From positions 384,001-448,000 of the forward strand of contig OY969585.1 of assembly GCA_963701295.1 (NCBI GenBank): 64,000 nt of DNA, given 5' to 3'. The position numbers were made by a program, and so were the translations under genes. The notes under the pieces are model-generated. The model saw only the letters and a program-made list of their open reading frames with translations. It did no database searches and was not told the DNA's origin. Every line of letters starts with the position of its first letter. The first letter of the stretch is position 1. Shown here piece after piece: positions 40,752 through 51,174 of the stretch. The DNA comes from Ignavibacteriota bacterium. Lineage in GTDB: Bacteria > Bacteroidota > Ignavibacteria > UBA10030.

Positions 40752-42257
40752 TTAACGAATACCGAACATTTGCACTGATGCATTTGCTAATTCTACTAAT
40801 GGACCAAAGTATAGCCCAAACAAGAGTGTCGGAATAACAAGAGCCATGAGAAGAATCGCTTCTGGACGTTGTAACGTGATCGAATTAGTTTGTCCTTCTG
40901 GATCGCGGAGGAACATATAGCGAAGAACTCGGGCATAGTAATAGAGAGAGATTACACTATTCAAAGCGCCTACAACGGCAAGCCAAATCCATTTTGCTTC
41001 CAGCAACGCAGCAAAGAGATACAATTTCCCGATGAAGCCGGCGGTAGGAGGTAAACCTGTCAGTGAAACAAGGAATATTGCCATTGCCACACCGACGAGC
41101 GGAGCTCGATACCCAAGTCCTCTGTATGTACTAATGTCTTCGCTTCCCGTTTTGTTGGCGACCAGCATGACCACAAAGAACGCTCCGAGATTCATAAAGA
41201 GGTACATCATAAAATAAATGAGTACTGCAGCAATACCTTGGTCACTCAAAACAACAACACCCATTAGCATATATCCGGCATGTGCGATGCTGGAATATGC
41301 AAGGAGCCTTTTGAGATTATCCTGCCAAACGGCAACAAGATTGCCGAGTGTCATAGTCAATACAGAAAGGATTGCCAGTAATTTATTCCATTCAAATCCA
41401 TAAAGCGAAGTCCACATACCGGCAGGTACATCCAAGATTGTTGTATCGATGAAGATGACTTTAAAGAACCGTATCATCATTGCAAAACCGGCTGCCTTCG
41501 ATGCAACGGAAAGAAAAGCAGTAATGGTAATAGGTGCGCCTTCGTACACATCCGGAGTCCAGAAGTGGAATGGTACCGCAGAAATCTTATATCCAAATCC
41601 AACAACAATAAAGATTGTCGCTATCAGCAATGCAAAATAATTCGGTGCATTTACTGTTAGCGAGTGATTGATACCAGCATAATCCATTGCTCCGGTTAAG
41701 CCAAAGAGAATAGAGATGCCATATAACATAACACCGGAAGAGACCGCACCATAAATAATGTATTTTAATGACGCTTCACTTGAATCGGATGCTTCCTTCG
41801 TATATCCTGCCAATATATAGGATGAAAGACTCGTCAATTCCATGGCAAGCACCATCATCAAAACATTCGTAGCGCCAGCCATCAGGAACATACCGAGTGT
41901 CATCGCAACAAGCAAAGAATAGTATTCTGCCATTCTTTTCACTGTTGTTTGAACTTCAGATGAATAGAGGGAGAACAAGAAAATGGTCAGCGCGCAAATC
42001 GCTGCAAGAGATTTGAAGAATACGGCAAACGGGTCGACTGCTATCATACCGGAGAAAATTTGCTGCGAGACTCCCACCTGCTTGACAGCAAAGAACAATG
42101 CCGCTCCAACGCCACTGAACACAAGCCAAGCAACGACCTTAGGAGTTTTTCTGAAAATTAATCCAGCCAGTATTGCCAGGCAGAAGGTTATAACCAATAT
42201 CGATTCCGGCAGGAAGCATGTCAAGTTTTGTTGGACGTGTTGAATGAATATATTCAT
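40752..42257 (-). CDS. nuoN: NADH-quinone oxidoreductase subunit N
   Basis: EASLKY, YKISAVPFHFWTPDVYEGAP, KRLLAYSSIAHAGY, GLPPTAGFIGK. Confidence 0.96.
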   Translation of the reverse strand: MNIFIQHVQQNLTCFLPESILVITFCLAILAGLIFRKTPKVVAWLVFSGVGAALFFAVKQVGVSQQIFSGMIAVDPFAVFFKSLAAICALTIFLFSLYSSEVQTTVKRMAEYYSLLVAMTLGMFLMAGATNVLMMVLAMELTSLSSYILAGYTKEASDSSEASLKYIIYGAVSSGVMLYGISILFGLTGAMDYAGINHSLTVNAPNYFALLIATIFIVVGFGYKISAVPFHFWTPDVYEGAPITITAFLSVASKAAGFAMMIRFFKVIFIDTTILDVPAGMWTSLYGFEWNKLLAILSVLTMTLGNLVAVWQDNLKRLLAYSSIAHAGYMLMGVVVLSDQGIAAVLIYFMMYLFMNLGAFFVVMLVANKTGSEDISTYRGLGYRAPLVGVAMAIFLVSLTGLPPTAGFIGKLYLFAALLEAKWIWLAVVGALNSVISLYYYARVLRYMFLRDPEGQTNSITLQRPEAILLMALVIPTLLFGLYFGPLVELANASVQMFGIR

Positions 42258-42283
42258 TGTTCATTTCTAATCTGTAAATTCTA

Positions 42284-43894
42284 TTATCGAAGCAATGTGG
42301 CAGCCGAGCCATTCTGCGCAATAAGATTTACCAAATGATTCACCGATGATGTCATAACATTCAGCATAAATGACGGATAAATACCAAGCACAAGAATAAT
42401 AATCGCTAACAGCACAAGCATAAAAATCTCTCGTGCATCAACATCCGGCAATATACCCCACTTCTCGTTCACCTTGCCAAGGAACACACGCTGGAGCGTC
42501 CACAGCATATATGCAGCCGTCAGCACGATGCCAAGCGTCGATGCAATCGTGATGATGCGAAGCTTATCGACCTGAAATGCTCCCAAGAACGAAAACGCTT
42601 CGGAAATAAATCCGCTCAAGCCCGGCAAACCAAGTGCTGCAAAGAATGCAACAGTTACGATGCCCGTATATTTAGGCATCGTCAATGCTAAACCGCCAAA
42701 GGCGTCGAGGTCGCGCGTGTGTGTACGGTCGTAAATCACACCGACGATCAAGAAGAGCATTGCTGTGATTGTGCCGTGATTGAACATCTGGAACACCGCG
42801 CCCATCATACCTTGCGTATTCAACGCTGTCATACCGAGCAGAACAATTCCCATATGACTTATGCTTGAATAAGCTATGAGTTTCTTGAAATCCTTTTGCG
42901 CCATTGCGCACAATGCACCATAGACAATATTGATGAATGCAAGGATTGCCAATGCGAATGCATACTTCTGTGCCATCTCCGGAAAGATCGGAAAGCTGAT
43001 GCGAATTAGTCCATACGTTCCCATTTTTAATAGAACTCCGGCAAGAATAACACTGATAGCAGTTGGAGCTTCAACGTGCGCATCGGGCAGCCATGTGTGG
43101 AACGGAAAGATAGGGACTTTGATAGCAAAGCCGATAAAGAGCGCTAAATAGGCAAATGCGCGCATTTGAGTTCCGAATCCGGCAAGCAGAGAATCCGGTT
43201 GAAAGTTTATAGGATTCATCATTGCGAGCATATTAAACGTGTGAATCTTCTCGCCTGTCACCGGATCAGCAATCGTAACACTGAAATACAGTGCAATCAT
43301 CGCAAGCAGCATCAGCACACTGCCGGCAAGAGTATAGAGAAAGAACTTGATAGCGGCATATTCGCGACGCGGTCCGCCCCAAATACCAATGAGAAAATAC
43401 ATCGGCAACAACATCAGTTCCCAGAATACATAGAAGAGGAAGAAGTCGAGCGACACAAATACACCCATCATACCTGTATCGAGCAACAGCAGCATTACCA
43501 TATATCCTTTAAGCGCTTTATCAATCTTCCATGATGCGAAGACAGCGATGAAACTGATAAGTGCTGTCAGGATTACCATCGGCACACTTATGCCGTCAAC
43601 ACCAAGAAAATATTCAATCTGCAAACGACCAAACCACGAGACACTCTGAACGTCGATCCATTTTGCTTTCTCGACAAACTGCATCCCCTCTTGCGTGTTG
43701 ATGCCGCTCAAATTGTAATTGAAGTTCAAATAAATCGACACTGCAATCACGACTTGAAGAAATGTAATGCCGACCGCCGTCCATTTCATCGCGCTGCGTG
43801 CTTCCTTGGGAATCAAGAGAACAATTATCATGCCGATCACTGGCAAGAACGTAATCCAGCTTAACCATCCGATACCAAATAATTGAAATGCCAT
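42284..43894 (-). CDS. nuoM: NADH-quinone oxidoreductase subunit M
   Basis: GVDGIS, FYVFWE, KVPIFPFHTWLPDAHVEAP, LLKMGTYG, GLPGLSGFISE. Confidence 0.96.
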   Translation of the reverse strand: MAFQLFGIGWLSWITFLPVIGMIIVLLIPKEARSAMKWTAVGITFLQVVIAVSIYLNFNYNLSGINTQEGMQFVEKAKWIDVQSVSWFGRLQIEYFLGVDGISVPMVILTALISFIAVFASWKIDKALKGYMVMLLLLDTGMMGVFVSLDFFLFYVFWELMLLPMYFLIGIWGGPRREYAAIKFFLYTLAGSVLMLLAMIALYFSVTIADPVTGEKIHTFNMLAMMNPINFQPDSLLAGFGTQMRAFAYLALFIGFAIKVPIFPFHTWLPDAHVEAPTAISVILAGVLLKMGTYGLIRISFPIFPEMAQKYAFALAILAFINIVYGALCAMAQKDFKKLIAYSSISHMGIVLLGMTALNTQGMMGAVFQMFNHGTITAMLFLIVGVIYDRTHTRDLDAFGGLALTMPKYTGIVTVAFFAALGLPGLSGFISEAFSFLGAFQVDKLRIITIASTLGIVLTAAYMLWTLQRVFLGKVNEKWGILPDVDAREIFMLVLLAIIILVLGIYPSFMLNVMTSSVNHLVNLIAQNGSAATLLR

Positions 43895-44006
43895 CGTCTC
43901 AACTCCTATAAAAACTTATTCTTCAATCACATATTTTGGATCTGAATTCCATCACAACAGAAGCAAAGCCTTCATTCCACAAAGTTAGATTCAGGAAGAT
44001 TTTCTG

Positions 44007-46274
44007 TCACCTGAACCACAAGAAAAAAACCATCACACCGAACAACACAAACGCTAAATAGGTTTGTACTTTCCCCGTCTGTAGTTTCCTCATTAACAAC
44101 CCAAGAAAACCTCCAAGGTATGCAATAAGATTTACCATTCCGTCAACAATTTTATTATCGAATCCACCAATACCGACATAGAAGAGGAAAAATGTCAAAG
44201 CCGAAACGCCTAAACCAAGCAAACCACATTCGATTTTTGCAACGATTCCTGCACCCTGTATTAACAATCCTATGGTAACTTGCCAGCCGATAAACAATGA
44301 CAGCATTGCAAACACAGTTAAATAGAAGATAGACCCCGCCCTGCCTTCTTCCCATGTATGCTTCACGCCATACGTTATGCCAATAGTCCACTTTGCCACA
44401 CCATTCACAAAACCGTCTATGATGACATTGTCGAACCAGCGGTATGCCGCTGCGAGAGTATCGGTTCCCTTTACAAATATTACCTGATACAGCTCATCGA
44501 AGTACCATTTGTTTAAGAAAAATTTATAGAGCCATTTCAAAACTGGTGCATTTGCAACCACATCAGCATTGATTTTCTTCCAGTAGTACGTTGAAAATGC
44601 AACATAGATACCGATACCGGCGACTATGAGCGATAGTAACATTGCCCAAGTGTGAACGTGATGAAGCGTTGCTTCAAATGTTTCATTGTTTGCTGCCGCA
44701 ACTGGAAACGGCACGACAGATTCAGGACGCTCGATGGCATGAAAGAACCAGCCAGACGCCGCACCAATCGGGTTCCAACTGTAAAATGCGAAGAATGACA
44801 ATACAGCAAATACAATCAATGGAATCGTCATCACTTTCGGAGATTCAAGAATTGCATTGAAGCGATGATGATCTTTATGCTCACCGAGGAACGTGAGAAT
44901 TACCAAACGAAACATATAAAACGCAGTCAATCCGGCGACGAAAAATCCGATAATAGGAATAATCCAGTGGCCTGTCAACTCTCCATATGCAAGCGTACCT
45001 GCAAGAATTTCGTCTTTGCTTAAGAAACCTGAAGTGAATGGCACGCCAGAAATAGCCAGCGTGTATATTAAAAACGTCCAGAATGTGATTGGCATCTTTG
45101 TTCGCAGTCCACCCATATTACGGATGTCCTGGGCGTCGGTTTGGTGGTCGCTCACGTGATGCAAAGCATTATGCATTGCGTAAATGACGGAACCGGAACC
45201 GAGGAAGAGCCCGGCTTTGAACATTGCATGCGTCGTAAGATGAAAGAATCCAGCAGTATATGCACCAACACCAAGTCCCATCACCATATACCCAAGCTGA
45301 CTCACTGTTGAGTATGCCAGTACTTTCTTAATATCGTTCTGTGCAATTGCGATCGTCGCAGAAATAAAAGCGGTAATTGCACCGATGTATACAATGAACA
45401 TCAATGCATTGGATGTCATCATCGCGAATGTACGCGTTACTAAATAGACGCCGGCAGCTACCATCGTTGCGGCATGGATCAACGCGCTGACAGGTGTTGG
45501 GCCTTCCATTGCATCCGGCAGCCAGACATGCAGCGGAAACTGTGCCGATTTACCAATCGCTCCGCAGAAAATAAGAATTCCAGCAGCGGTCAACCAAGCT
45601 TCGCTTCCGAATGGAATAGTACCCGACTTGATCGATTCAAAAATGACATCGAAACTGAATGTGTGAAATGTTGCATAGAGAATTAAGATTCCAATAAACA
45701 TTCCGACATCACCAACACGATTGACAACAAACGCTTTCTTTCCTGCATCCGCCGCAGACTTTTTCTCAAACCAGTGTCCAATTAACAGGTATGAACTCAA
45801 TCCAACCAATTCCCACGATACATACATAAGAAAGAAATTATTGGTGAGTACGATGCCAACCATCGAGAAAGTAAAGAGTCCGAGGTAAGCGTAATAACGT
45901 CCATAACGCACATCGCCATGCATATAGCCGATAGAGAAGAGATGCACGAGTGCACTAACGATGGAAACAACAACGAGCATAATCGCTGCCACATTGTCGA
46001 TCATCAATCCAAGTTCCATCTTCAACTCGCCAACACCATTCACATTGCCAAAATTCACCCACGTAAATGTGGTTTGCAAAGTCTGATCGTGATATGCGCC
46101 GAGTTTTATAAAAAGAATTGTGAATGAAATTACGAGTGCGGCAAAGAGAATAGAGGTACCGATCCAATCGCCGGAACGCGGTATGCGCTTGTTCAAGAAA
46201 ATGAGAACAATAAAGTCCAGCAACGGCAAGAGCCAGACAACAACAGCAAGAATCAGTAAGGTTTCTTGGGACAT
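44007..46274 (-). CDS. nuoL: NADH-quinone oxidoreductase subunit L (755 aa, extended C-terminus)
   Basis: WELVG, GKSAQFPLHVWLPDAMEGPTPVSALIHAATMV, THAMFKA, QTGKVQTY. Confidence 0.96.
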   Translation of the reverse strand: MSQETLLILAVVVWLLPLLDFIVLIFLNKRIPRSGDWIGTSILFAALVISFTILFIKLGAYHDQTLQTTFTWVNFGNVNGVGELKMELGLMIDNVAAIMLVVVSIVSALVHLFSIGYMHGDVRYGRYYAYLGLFTFSMVGIVLTNNFFLMYVSWELVGLSSYLLIGHWFEKKSAADAGKKAFVVNRVGDVGMFIGILILYATFHTFSFDVIFESIKSGTIPFGSEAWLTAAGILIFCGAIGKSAQFPLHVWLPDAMEGPTPVSALIHAATMVAAGVYLVTRTFAMMTSNALMFIVYIGAITAFISATIAIAQNDIKKVLAYSTVSQLGYMVMGLGVGAYTAGFFHLTTHAMFKAGLFLGSGSVIYAMHNALHHVSDHQTDAQDIRNMGGLRTKMPITFWTFLIYTLAISGVPFTSGFLSKDEILAGTLAYGELTGHWIIPIIGFFVAGLTAFYMFRLVILTFLGEHKDHHRFNAILESPKVMTIPLIVFAVLSFFAFYSWNPIGAASGWFFHAIERPESVVPFPVAAANNETFEATLHHVHTWAMLLSLIVAGIGIYVAFSTYYWKKINADVVANAPVLKWLYKFFLNKWYFDELYQVIFVKGTDTLAAAYRWFDNVIIDGFVNGVAKWTIGITYGVKHTWEEGRAGSIFYLTVFAMLSLFIGWQVTIGLLIQGAGIVAKIECGLLGLGVSALTFFLFYVGIGGFDNKIVDGMVNLIAYLGGFLGLLMRKLQTGKVQTYLAFVLFGVMVFFLWFR

Positions 46275-46282
46275 AATTCTAA

Positions 46283-46312
46283 TTTTCGATGTACGATTGC
46301 CGATTGTTGATC
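46283..46312 (+). repeat. Short heptamer tandem in the nuoK-nuoL spacer
   Basis: TTCGATG TACGATT GCCGATT GTTGATC. Confidence 0.45.
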
Positions 46313-46319
46313 GGCATAG

Positions 46320-46652
46320 CTAATCTTTCAATTGATTGATTTCATCTACATTCACGGTGTTGAAATTCTTATAGATATTCAACACTATGGCAAGAGCAAT
46401 AGCCGCTTCAGCTGCTGCAAGAATGATCACAAACACTGCAACGACATGTCCATCAAGTGTTGTGGTCACGTAACGCGAAAATGCGACAAAATTGATGTTG
46501 GCGGCATTGAGCACTAATTCAATTCCCATTAACACCATAATAGCATTGCGCCGCGTTAAGATGGCGAACAGTCCCAGTGAAAAGAGTAATCCACTGAGAA
46601 TCAGGAAGTGCATCAATCCGGGATGCTGAAGCCAAATGATAAATTCTTGCAT
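46320..46652 (-). CDS. nuoK: NADH-quinone oxidoreductase subunit K
   Basis: RRNAI..LMGIELVLNA, AAAEAAIALA. Confidence 0.95.
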   Translation of the reverse strand: MQEFIIWLQHPGLMHFLILSGLLFSLGLFAILTRRNAIMVLMGIELVLNAANINFVAFSRYVTTTLDGHVVAVFVIILAAAEAAIALAIVLNIYKNFNTVNVDEINQLKD

Positions 46653-46664
46653 AATTAAAAGCCT

Positions 46665-47177
46665 CTATGAATCCTTTGCTTTTTTTTCTCGTCGTGCTAT
46701 CATTACTGCACCGATAAGCGCCACAAGCAACACAACCGAAGCAATTTCAAACGGTAATAAGTACTTCGTAAGCAGCAATTCACCGATCTGTGGAGCCGTC
46801 TTATCCATTATCTGCAATTGCGAACTCACATTCCAATCAGTTGACCAGAAGATACCAATGAGTGTTCCGGCCAGCGCCGCAATAATCATAACTGCCGGCA
46901 ACACTTGCACTGTTCCTGTCTTTGTATCTACGTGAATCTGGTGGCTCGTAAGCATCACACCAAAGAGAATTAAAACTAATATGCCACCTACATAGATAAG
47001 TAATTGTGTGATGGCAATAAAATCGGCAAGGAGGAACACATAAATTCCAGCTACTCCAAAAAAGGCAAATAACAAAGCGAATGCCGCACGCACGATGTTT
47101 CGCGAAAACACAACGACACATGCTGCACCCAGCGTAATTATTGCAAAGATATAAAAGACTATTGTATAGAGATCCAT
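46665..47177 (-). CDS. nuoJ: NADH-quinone oxidoreductase subunit J
   Basis: QLLIYVGGILVLILFGVML, YLLPFEIASVVLL. Confidence 0.95.
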   Translation of the reverse strand: MDLYTIVFYIFAIITLGAACVVVFSRNIVRAAFALLFAFFGVAGIYVFLLADFIAITQLLIYVGGILVLILFGVMLTSHQIHVDTKTGTVQVLPAVMIIAALAGTLIGIFWSTDWNVSSQLQIMDKTAPQIGELLLTKYLLPFEIASVVLLVALIGAVMIARREKKAKDS

Positions 47178-47200
47178 TGAAAGCAAGTTAAAAGTAAAAG

Positions 47201-47812
47201 TTAATAGAACGTACCGTTTGCCGGTGGTTCCGGTTTCGGCGGTGGCTGTGTCATTGGAGCTGCAGCTTTCGCCGCTGCAGCGGCTGAGATCGCTGCTTTC
47301 TTTGCGGATTGCTCCTCATCGTATTTCTTTAATCGTTCTTTTGCACCAGTAATTTCTTCCGCCGTCATGTTGCTAAAACTGTAAATCAAGTTTTTTCTGT
47401 CGTATTCTGAAAATTCGTACACATCTGTCATCACAATGCACTCGGTTGGACATGGCCACACGCACAGTCCACAGTAACAACACTTAGCAATATCAATATC
47501 AAAACGCGGAACAAAAAGGCGTTTCTTTGTATTGTTGGATGTCAATCCTAAATCAACATCCGGCGTTGATTTGATTGTATCGATAGTAATACAATCGACC
47601 GGACATGCCATGGAGCATTGATCGCAGCCGATGCAGTCGTCAATATTGACGTACAAGCGGTTGCGCGTCCGTTCGGGAATTTTCATCTTAACGGTTGGAT
47701 ATTGCACCGTCGCCGAACGCGTGAAGAGATGTTTGATTGTGATTTTCATTCCTACTACAACGGTGTAGAGGGAATGAAAGATATTATAAAAATATATTCC
47801 GATAACAGACAT
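47201..47812 (-). CDS. nuoI: NADH-quinone oxidoreductase subunit I
   Basis: TVQYP, CIGCDQCSMACP and CCYCGLCVWPCP (two 4Fe-4S motifs). Confidence 0.95.
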   Translation of the reverse strand: MSVIGIYFYNIFHSLYTVVVGMKITIKHLFTRSATVQYPTVKMKIPERTRNRLYVNIDDCIGCDQCSMACPVDCITIDTIKSTPDVDLGLTSNNTKKRLFVPRFDIDIAKCCYCGLCVWPCPTECIVMTDVYEFSEYDRKNLIYSFSNMTAEEITGAKERLKKYDEEQSAKKAAISAAAAAKAAAPMTQPPPKPEPPANGTFY

Positions 47813-47847
47813 TTAATGAATTTTCAATTGATGATTTATTCTTTCTA

Positions 47848-48891
47848 TCATAGTACCAATATCAAACCGACCGCGAGAAGGCACACAAACAGCCACGGCG
47901 TTAATACTTTCCATGAGACATACATCAATTGATCTACTCGCAAACGAGGAAGTGTCCAACGCATCCAAATTTGTATAAGCACAAATATATATGCCTTCGC
48001 GACAAACCAAAAAATTCCCCATATCGGACCAGACATAAAAGTGCCAAACGGACTCGACCAGCCACCAAGGAAAAGCGATACACCCACAGCTGAAACTGTG
48101 AATAGGTTTGCGTACTCAGAAAGATAGAACATCGCAAAACGCATGCCGCTGTATTCAGTGTTAAATCCTTGCACCAACTCAGATTCAGCTTCCGGTAAAT
48201 CAAACGGTGTGCGATTCACTTCGGCAATGGAGGAAACAAACAGAATGAAGAATGTTATGATCGTAAACGGCATCAGCATGAGTTTCTGCGGCCATGGCAA
48301 CGGACCACCAAACACCACCCAATTACCAATGCCACCATCCTGAAACTTCGTGACATCTTGCATGTTGAGCGAACCGGTAATCATCACCACGATGATAATG
48401 GCAATTGCAGTCGGAATTTCGTAGCTGATCATTTGCGCTGCTGACCGAACACCGCCGAAGAGAGACCATTTGTTGTTCGATGCCCATCCAGCCATTAGAA
48501 TGCCAACGACGACAAGTGAGCCCACTGCAACCAAGAAGAACGCTCCAAGATTGATGTTGGATCCAATAAAGATGCTGCTGAACGGAAGGACTGCATATGC
48601 AGCATAGGTTCCAACAAATGCAATAATCGGCGCAAGGCGAAAAAGGAGTTTGTCTGCTTTATCCGGAATGATGTCTTCCTTTTGCAAAAGCTTCAGCATG
48701 TCAGCAATGGGCTGCAATAAGCCGTGCCAACCGGTACGCATATAGGCAACGCGATCTTGAATGTGTGCTGCGACCTTCATTTCAGTGTACAACACAACGA
48801 GCGCATACACGATAATAAAGACGAGTGGAAGCAGGCTCAAAAGTATTGAGACAACCAGTTCATTCGTAAGTAATGTCTGAATAAATTCCAT
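47848..48891 (-). CDS. nuoH: NADH-quinone oxidoreductase subunit H
   Basis: GLLQPIADMLKLLQKE, AQMISYE, NRTPFDLPEAESELV, PRLRVDQL. Confidence 0.96.
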   Translation of the reverse strand: MEFIQTLLTNELVVSILLSLLPLVFIIVYALVVLYTEMKVAAHIQDRVAYMRTGWHGLLQPIADMLKLLQKEDIIPDKADKLLFRLAPIIAFVGTYAAYAVLPFSSIFIGSNINLGAFFLVAVGSLVVVGILMAGWASNNKWSLFGGVRSAAQMISYEIPTAIAIIIVVMITGSLNMQDVTKFQDGGIGNWVVFGGPLPWPQKLMLMPFTIITFFILFVSSIAEVNRTPFDLPEAESELVQGFNTEYSGMRFAMFYLSEYANLFTVSAVGVSLFLGGWSSPFGTFMSGPIWGIFWFVAKAYIFVLIQIWMRWTLPRLRVDQLMYVSWKVLTPWLFVCLLAVGLILVL

Positions 48892-48953
48892 TATCAAATC
48901 CGAAATTCTAACTTCTCAATCCTATTCATTGCTTAGGATTTATAATTTCGTTT

Positions 48954-50159
48954 TTAGCGATCCACTTCACCAAGCACAATATCGATACTTCCGGCGATGA
49001 GCACGAGATCGGCAATCATACTGCCTTTGGCAATTTTAGGTAATACGCTCAAGTTGACAAATGCTGGTCCGCGTGCTTTCACACGGAATGGGCTCGCTGT
49101 TCCATCGCTCACAATATAAAATCCAAGTTCGCCGCGCGATGATTCTGTGCGGACATAGATTTCTGCATCTTTTTCAGGGCGAATACGTCTCGGAATCGCT
49201 GCCTGCACGTTGCCTTCTGGCAATCGGGCAAGCGCCTGCTCTATAATGTTGAGACATTGTTCCATTTCGCGCATACGAACGATATGCCGGTCCCAGCAAT
49301 CACCGACCGTTCCCATTTCACCTTTACCAACCTGCGGTTCCCATTCAAGTTTATGGTAGATGGAATAAGGATCGTCGCGCCGTAAATCCCAATTGACACC
49401 AGAGCCGCGAAGCTGCGGCCCGCTGACTGCGTAATTGATGGCGACATCTTTTGGCAATACGCCAACGTTCGCAGTCCGTTTTACAAAAATTTCATTATAC
49501 GACAGCAAGTCGTTCAGCATCTTGAGGCGCGGACGGAAATATTTCACAAAATCTTTCGTTTGCTCGACAAATTTTTGTGGCAGATCATGTGAAAGTCCGC
49601 CGATCCAGATATAATTATACAGTAATCGTGCACCGCACGTCATCTCGAATAAGTCGAGAATTTTTTCACGATCGATAAAAGTATAGAGGAACGGCGTGAA
49701 CGCACCGGAGTCGATGCCGTAGGTTCCGACAGCAATCAAGTGGCTGGCGATTCGTTGCAGCTCTGCCATGATCACGCGGATGTATTCTACGCGCTCCGGA
49801 ACTTGTATCTTCAGCATACGCTCGGCCGCAAGAGCAAACGCCCACTCATTTGTCATTGCCGAGCAATAGTCCATTCGGTCTGCATACGGAATCACCTGTT
49901 GATAATTCGTCATATGCTCACAATGTTTTTCAAAACAACGATGCAGGTAGCCAATATGGGGAATGCAATCGACGATAATCTCACCATCAACAACAATCTC
50001 AAGTCGCAGCACACCATGGGTCGATGGATGCTGCGGGCCCATGTTGATAATCATCTCTTCCGTACGTATAGTTTTGCCTGTCGATGTCTTAATATGACCT
50101 TGTTTCACAGTATAATTCGTAGGAAGTGTTGGAGGCTGCAACATAGTCTGGTCAATCAT
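48954..50159 (-). CDS. nuoD: NADH-quinone oxidoreductase subunit D
   Basis: NMGPQHPSTHGVLR, GYLHRCFEK, DRMDY, DIVLGEVDR. Confidence 0.97.
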   Translation of the reverse strand: MIDQTMLQPPTLPTNYTVKQGHIKTSTGKTIRTEEMIINMGPQHPSTHGVLRLEIVVDGEIIVDCIPHIGYLHRCFEKHCEHMTNYQQVIPYADRMDYCSAMTNEWAFALAAERMLKIQVPERVEYIRVIMAELQRIASHLIAVGTYGIDSGAFTPFLYTFIDREKILDLFEMTCGARLLYNYIWIGGLSHDLPQKFVEQTKDFVKYFRPRLKMLNDLLSYNEIFVKRTANVGVLPKDVAINYAVSGPQLRGSGVNWDLRRDDPYSIYHKLEWEPQVGKGEMGTVGDCWDRHIVRMREMEQCLNIIEQALARLPEGNVQAAIPRRIRPEKDAEIYVRTESSRGELGFYIVSDGTASPFRVKARGPAFVNLSVLPKIAKGSMIADLVLIAGSIDIVLGEVDR

Positions 50160-50165
50160 TCGACA

Positions 50166-50672
50166 TCAATAAGGAACCTTCATCCCGTGATAGAATTCCT
50201 GAACCTTATAATCTTTGCGAAGTGGATGGCCTTCCCAATCGTCCGGCAAAAGAAGACGACGCAGATCGGGATGTTCATCGAAAATGATACCATAGAGATC
50301 GAAAGCTTCGCGCTCGTGCCAGTTGGCGGTTCCCCACACAGCACTGACAGATTGAATGTGCGGATTGTCTTTTGTGCAAAAGGCTTTGAGAATAATCTTG
50401 TGTTTGTGGATGATGGAAGCAAGATGATACACGACACCGAAGGTTCCGTTGTTGTAATCCATTCCGCTTAAACACGAGAGATAATCGAATTGCATTGCGC
50501 TATTATCACGGAGGAAAAAACAAATTTCTTTCGCCTTGTCAGGTGCAATATGGATCCACAGCTGCATCGCATATCCAACGGAGGCAGATCCGCCTGCGGT
50601 GGAAATCGTTGTCTCGGTGAGTGCATCCCCAAATTTTGCCTTTAGAATACCAAATATTTCTTGAGCTGTCAT
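50166..50672 (-). CDS. nuoC: NADH-quinone oxidoreductase subunit C
   Basis: ANWHEREAFDLYGI, HPDLRR, WEGHPLRKDY. Confidence 0.95.
   Translation of the reverse strand: MTAQEIFGILKAKFGDALTETTISTAGGSASVGYAMQLWIHIAPDKAKEICFFLRDNSAMQFDYLSCLSGMDYNNGTFGVVYHLASIIHKHKIILKAFCTKDNPHIQSVSAVWGTANWHEREAFDLYGIIFDEHPDLRRLLLPDDWEGHPLRKDYKVQEFYHGMKVPY
50574..50603. repeat. 30-bp imperfect palindrome in-frame inside nuoC
   Basis: TCCAACGGAGGCAGA|TCCGCCTGCGGTGGA (12 of 15 positions complementary); encodes STAGGSASVG. Confidence 0.75.
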
Positions 50673-50676
50673 ACTC

Positions 50677-51168
50677 TTATGCTCGTTTCTTTACTAAACT
50701 CTCTTTACGTACTTTTTCCTGAAGCTTCATTATTCCCTCTAGCAAAGCTTCTGGGCGGGGCGGACAGCCGGGAATATACACATCCACCGGAATAACGCGA
50801 TCAACACCTTTAAGAACATGATATCCGTGTTCCCAATATGGTCCACCACACGTCGCGCAGCTTCCCATCGAAATCACGTATCGCGGCTCAGACATTTGAT
50901 CATAGAGCCGTTTGATTCTGGAAGCCATTTTAATCGTAACGGTTCCGGCAACAAACATCACATCTACCTGCCGGGGAGTTGCACGCGGAATAACGCCAAA
51001 GCGCATAATATCGAAGTTGGATGCCGATGCAGCCATCATTTCAATTGCGCAGCATGCAAGCCCAAATTGCATCTGCCAGAGTGATGAGAGACGTGCCCAA
51101 TTCAGGAGACCGTCAAGAGAAGTAATAAAGACATTACCGTTTTCAAATCGCTGATCAAGAAGTCCCAC
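50677..51168 (-). CDS. nuoB: NADH-quinone oxidoreductase subunit B
   Basis: [27 protein letters not shown]. Confidence 0.97.
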   Translation of the reverse strand: MGLLDQRFENGNVFITSLDGLLNWARLSSLWQMQFGLACCAIEMMAASASNFDIMRFGVIPRATPRQVDVMFVAGTVTIKMASRIKRLYDQMSEPRYVISMGSCATCGGPYWEHGYHVLKGVDRVIPVDVYIPGCPPRPEALLEGIMKLQEKVRKESLVKKRA

Positions 51169-51174
51169 TGGTTT

